From: a virus
Virus record (IMG/VR): IMGVR_UViG_3300037851_001023
Location: 1 to 36,081 of that record
Strand: one strand, 5' to 3'
DNA length: 36,081 bases
The translations under genes were made by a program, and so were the position numbers. The notes under the pieces were generated by a model. It was not told where the DNA came from and did no database searches. It saw nothing but the letters and a program-made list of their open reading frames with translations. Positions 33,368 to 36,081 of the stretch are shown piece by piece. Every line of letters starts with the position of its first letter. Within the stretch, counting starts at the first letter, position 1.

Positions 33368-33910
33368 TCAGGCGCGGCACAGCGCCGGCACGTCCGGATA
33401 CCGCCGGCCGCGGTAGGGGTCTTTGTCAGGCGGCGGCGGCGCCTTGGCTTTCACGGCGGTGACGTCCGGTGCAAGCGTGACCGGGACGGCGGTCTCTTCC
33501 GCCGGTGCGTTTGGCTCGAACCAGCGGCGCGGCAGCGTAACGTCGATGCCGCCGCCGGCAACGCAGGTCCAAAGGCAAACTGTTGCCGGCCGGCGTTCGA
33601 CGATCAGCGCCGGCACGTGGCGGGTGTGCAGAAACACGCACTTCCGCTCCGAGCGGCGGCCGGATCGCTGCACCGCGACGCCGCGCCCGGGGGAAATCCG
33701 CGCCGTGTGCGCGCCGCCGGCCGTCACCATCATGACATCGACACGGTTGCCGGTGAGGCCGCCCTTCGCCAGCGCCGTTTCTCCAAGCCTGATCGCGACC
33801 CTGTAGCGGTTGTGCCGTTTGTCCTTGCCGTCGGAGAAACAAAGGGACGCGGTGACGCACTTTGCCGGACTTAACCGCAGGCGTCCTCGCCCGGTTTTCC
33901 GCATCGTCAT
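33368..33910 (-). CDS. Hypothetical protein
   Basis: 180 aa. ATGA coupling to the upstream xis-like gene. Confidence 0.55.
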   Translation of the reverse strand: MTMRKTGRGRLRLSPAKCVTASLCFSDGKDKRHNRYRVAIRLGETALAKGGLTGNRVDVMMVTAGGAHTARISPGRGVAVQRSGRRSERKCVFLHTRHVPALIVERRPATVCLWTCVAGGGIDVTLPRRWFEPNAPAEETAVPVTLAPDVTAVKAKAPPPPDKDPYRGRRYPDVPALCRA

Positions 33911-34206
33911 GGCCGAGCCTTGAGCGGGCGGCGCCGGCAGAGAATGCCGTCGTCGGTCAGCGAGGCCGGTTGCCGGCCGCCGCTGTCGAGCCAGCGCTGC
34001 AGAGCCGCGGCTGCGTAGCGCAACCGGCCGGGGATCGGCAGCGGCGGCGGGAAGCCCTCAGTCTCCAGCCGCTTGCGCGCCCGGTAGAAGGCCGGTGCCG
34101 ACAGCCGCAGCAGCCGCGCGACTTCCGGCACCGTCAGCACCTGCTGGCCGATCACGACAGCACCGCGATCAGGCAACGACGGCGGTGTAGCCGCCGATGA
34201 GAGCAC
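33907..34206 (-). CDS. Excisionase/AlpA-like HTH DNA-binding protein (start uncertain, GTG)
   Basis: VLTVPEVARLLRLSAPAFYRARKRLETEGFPPPLPIPGRLRY...LQRWL fits MerR/Xis-type small HTH proteins. Position upstream of int. Confidence 0.6.
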   Translation of the reverse strand: MLSSAATPPSLPDRGAVVIGQQVLTVPEVARLLRLSAPAFYRARKRLETEGFPPPLPIPGRLRYAAAALQRWLDSGGRQPASLTDDGILCRRRPLKARP

Positions 34207-34227
34207 CGGCGATGAGCAGCCGGGTTG

Positions 34228-34509
34228 TCATCGCGTGGCCTCCAGCAGCTCGGCGACGATCGCGGCGTAGCCGATGATGTCGACGACGCTGTCGTCCTGC
34301 GCCGCCTGGTCGGCCGTGTGCTGCAGCCGCGCCAGCTTCATGTCGATGAGGCAGATGGCAACCTCGTGCGGCGCGACGGGCCGGCAGAGGGTCACCGACC
34401 AGCGCGCCGCGATGGCGCTAAACAGCTCGTGGCTGGCAAACGGGATGTAAAGGCCGCCCCGCGCTTTCAATGTCTCCTGCGCGTGGCAGATTGCCGCTTG
34501 GTGATTCAT
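34228..34509 (-). CDS. DUF6378-like phage protein
   Basis: MNHQAAICHAQETLKARGGLYIPFASHELFSAIAARW...ICLIDMKLARLQHTADQAAQDDSVVDIIGYAAIV. The rest of ORF 34228..34995 is junk. Confidence 0.65.
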   Translation of the reverse strand: MNHQAAICHAQETLKARGGLYIPFASHELFSAIAARWSVTLCRPVAPHEVAICLIDMKLARLQHTADQAAQDDSVVDIIGYAAIVAELLEATR

Positions 34510-34637
34510 GGCCAGGCCATCCAGGCAATGGCGGCGCCGGCACCGGTGAGCGCGGCGAGCACCATGACTCCGATCGTCTCGCCAAGGTGGCGGCGGCGGT
34601 GCGTCGCCGCCAGCCAGGCCCTGGGCGCCGGTCTCAT
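34506..34637 (-). CDS. 43-aa putative membrane micro-protein (not in the ORF track)
   Basis: MRPAPRAWLAATHRRRHLGETIGVMVLAALTGAGAAIAWMAWP. ATGA overlaps at both ends link it to its neighbours. Confidence 0.45.
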   Translation of the reverse strand: MRPAPRAWLAATHRRRHLGETIGVMVLAALTGAGAAIAWMAWP

Positions 34638-34855
34638 TGTCCGGCCGCCTGGGCTTTGCCGCCGTTGATGACGGTGAGATAGCGCGCGTCGGCAACGGTG
34701 GCGGCTCCGGCGAGGCGGAGATAGCGCGTCGTGATGAAAAGCCGCCGCTTGTGGGCGATGGCGCCCAGGTCGCGCAGCACGCGGCCAAGGCCCTCGTCTT
34801 CGACGAGCTGCGCGATGTCGCGCTGCCGCCGGCGGCGGCTGAAAAACCTGAACAT
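34634..34855 (-). CDS. Hypothetical protein, first gene of the leftward operon
   Basis: ATG 34855 lies 5 nt after GGAGG. 73 aa, MFRFFSRRRRQRDIAQLVEDEGLGRVL... Confidence 0.55.
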   Translation of the reverse strand: MFRFFSRRRRQRDIAQLVEDEGLGRVLRDLGAIAHKRRLFITTRYLRLAGAATVADARYLTVINGGKAQAAGQ

Positions 34856-34877
34856 GAAAGCCTCCGTTCGCAAAAGT

Positions 34878-34903
34878 GCCGCCCGGTTTTGAGGCCGGGC
34901 GGC
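34878..34903 (-). terminator. Intrinsic-terminator-like hairpin in the leader of the leftward operon
   Basis: Minus-strand RNA: GCCGCCCGG-CCUCAAAA-CCGGGCGGC followed by ACUUUUG. Ends 13 nt before the GGAGG of the first gene. Confidence 0.4.
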
Positions 34904-35044
34904 GAGTTGGGGGAGGAAGCGCAGATCAGATCACGGGGGTAAGATCCGATCCGCGGCACCTGCAAACACTGCGATAAAAACATTGTCACCGTCAACAGAA
35001 ATTTATCGGTGCCGCGGCCGGCCCGGCGGTGCTACGCTGGCGGC

Positions 35045-35515
35045 ATGCGTACCGTTGCTGTCCTGCTGCCGGTGCTGGGATCGGTGCTGCTGTCGCCGCT
35101 GGCCGGTGCGGCCCCTGCCGCCGGCGCCGATGCCGCTGCTGGCGCCCGCCCGCCGGTCTATCTGGAGGTGCCGCCCGGTCCGGCCGCCGTGCTCGACGGC
35201 CGCACCTTCAGCCTCGCCGGCATCCCGCTCCGCCTCGCCGGCCTGGCGCCGCCGGTGCGCGCCGCCGACGACAGCTACGGCGGCGGGCTGCTGCTGATCA
35301 CGCTCTCCGTCTACGGCGGCGCGCACTGCGTCGGCGTCGGTGCCGACGCCGGCGGTGCCGTGCAGGTGCGCTGCCTGCTGCCGGATGGCCAGGATCTGGG
35401 GGCGCTGATGGTGATGAGCGGCGGTGCGGCGGCCGCCGGGTCGGATTACGCGTTCGAGGAGAGCGTCGCCCGCGACGCCGGCGTCGGCCTCTGGAAGTCG
35501 TCCGGCCGGCGGTAG
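35045..35515 (+). CDS. Secreted staphylococcal-nuclease-fold protein with substituted catalytic positions (moron)
   Basis: Signal peptide MRTVAVLLPVLGSVLLSPLAGAAPA. SNase-like LDGRTFSLAGIPLRLAGLAPPV and EESVARDAGVGLW. The canonical pattern DGDT...RL-GIDAPE is not conserved. Confidence 0.65.
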   Translation: MRTVAVLLPVLGSVLLSPLAGAAPAAGADAAAGARPPVYLEVPPGPAAVLDGRTFSLAGIPLRLAGLAPPVRAADDSYGGGLLLITLSVYGGAHCVGVGADAGGAVQVRCLLPDGQDLGALMVMSGGAAAAGSDYAFEESVARDAGVGLWKSSGRR

Positions 35516-35772
35516 TCGCGCCGGGCAGCGTTGCCGAGGATACGCCACCGCTCCGCGGCGGGCAGTTCCGCCCAGACACGGAGCAGTGCCAGCGCGGCGG
35601 CGTGTGGTTCCGCCAGGCCGCAGGCGGCCCGCGAGACGTTGGCCGCCGCCGGGCGCTCGCCGGTAAGCGCCTCGATCAGATCGCGATAGCCTTTCTGGCT
35701 GAGGCCGGCATCGGCGAGCAGCTGCCTGAAAGCGGGTTTCATGTCGGCGACGATAGCGCCGCGATAAATCAT
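35446..35772 (-). CDS. Hypothetical protein co-transcribed downstream of the repressor (possible HTH)
   Basis: ATG lies 2 nt after the repressor stop. LSQKGYRDLIEALTGERPAAANVSRAACG. The 3' end overlaps the convergent gene by 70 nt, so the true stop and extent are uncertain. Confidence 0.45.
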   Translation of the reverse strand: MIYRGAIVADMKPAFRQLLADAGLSQKGYRDLIEALTGERPAAANVSRAACGLAEPHAAALALLRVWAELPAAERWRILGNAARRDYRRPDDFQRPTPASRATLSSNA

Positions 35773-35774
35773 CG

Positions 35775-36081
35775 TCAACAGTCGAGCGCGCGGATGCAGG
35801 CGACAGCGGTGCCCTTGACCGCGACCGCGTCGCCGAGTGCCAGCGGCCTGCGGTAGGCCGGATCGGCGCTTGCCGCCACCAGGAAGCCGCCGTCGAGCAG
35901 CCGCAGCACCGTGCGCGCGGCGCCCTGGCGCCAGTCGTAGATCTGGGCGCAGACGACGGCGCCGTCGTCCGGCCGGGTGCGGTCGTGGTCGATGATCAGC
36001 ACGTCGCCCGGCAGATAGCCGGCGAGCGCCAGCGCCCGGCCGCGAATCACCCAGGGATGCCAGCCGCCCTGGCCAAGGCAG
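35775..36081 (-). CDS. CI/LexA-like repressor, C-terminal S24-like domain (same gene as 1..450; 35955-36081 duplicates 1-127)
   Basis: ...VIRGRALALAGYLPGDVLIIDHDRTRPDDGAVVCAQIYDWRQGAARTVLRLLDGGFLVAASADPAYRRPLALGDAVAVKGTAVACIRALDC. Whole protein is 209 aa. Confidence 0.85.
   Translation of the reverse strand, partial: CLGQGGWHPWVIRGRALALAGYLPGDVLIIDHDRTRPDDGAVVCAQIYDWRQGAARTVLRLLDGGFLVAASADPAYRRPLALGDAVAVKGTAVACIRALDC

Larger units (their letters stand above)
1..35954. mobile_element. Complete circular temperate short-tailed phage genome (episomal or excised prophage form carrying attP)
   Basis: The 127-nt terminal identity closes the circle. Contains a repressor/Cro switch, primase plus helicase, terS/terL, portal, scaffold, capsid, gp11/gp12-like tail genes, fibres, lysis gene, attP and tyrosine integrase. 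No tape-measure, sheath or tube genes. Confidence 0.8.

Overview
The window is a complete, circularly closed, high-G+C temperate phage genome, either episomal or an excised prophage. Bases 1-127 are identical to 35955-36081, so the unique sequence is 35,954 bp. The linear break cuts through the CI-like repressor gene.

Gene order:
- CI-like repressor (minus strand, spans the junction), facing a Cro-like gene across a 117-bp switch region.
- Small early genes, then a Toprim primase.
- One antisense moron, then a P-loop helicase.
- A low-GC iteron/palindrome region (candidate ori or cos).
- terS, terL and portal, then small virion genes and a scaffold gene.
- T7 gp11-like adaptor and gp12-like nozzle.
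- A two-gene moron island that includes a short C5 cytosine methyltransferase.
- A structured noncoding leader, then the major capsid gene.
- Internal/ejection proteins, including a 1125-aa giant.
- A repeat-rich modular fibre and further fibre and receptor-binding genes.
- A lysis region ending in a holin-like/SleB fusion.
- attP (3' half of a tRNA-Lys(CUU)-like sequence flanked by arm repeats) and a tyrosine integrase.
- A leftward xis-type operon, a secreted degenerate SNase-like moron and a small gene downstream of the repressor.

No tape-measure, sheath or tube genes are present, so the virion is probably short-tailed. DUF2793-like, GTA-type holin-like and SleB-like features suggest an alphaproteobacterial host.

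Many long ORFs in the six-frame track are antisense or out-of-frame artefacts of the high G+C. Several real features are absent from the track: the junction-spanning repressor, two micro-ORFs and a frameshifted gene.

I found no classical defence system, CRISPR array, reverse transcriptase or toxin-antitoxin pair. The most unusual items are:
- a shared palindromic operator that doubles as -10 boxes at several promoters;
- the iteron/(GC)8 palindrome locus;
- a repressor whose S24 catalytic dyad appears to be lost;
- the holin-endolysin fusion;
- the modular repeat fibre;
- an interrupted virion gene.

All homology statements come from reading motifs by eye and need database confirmation.
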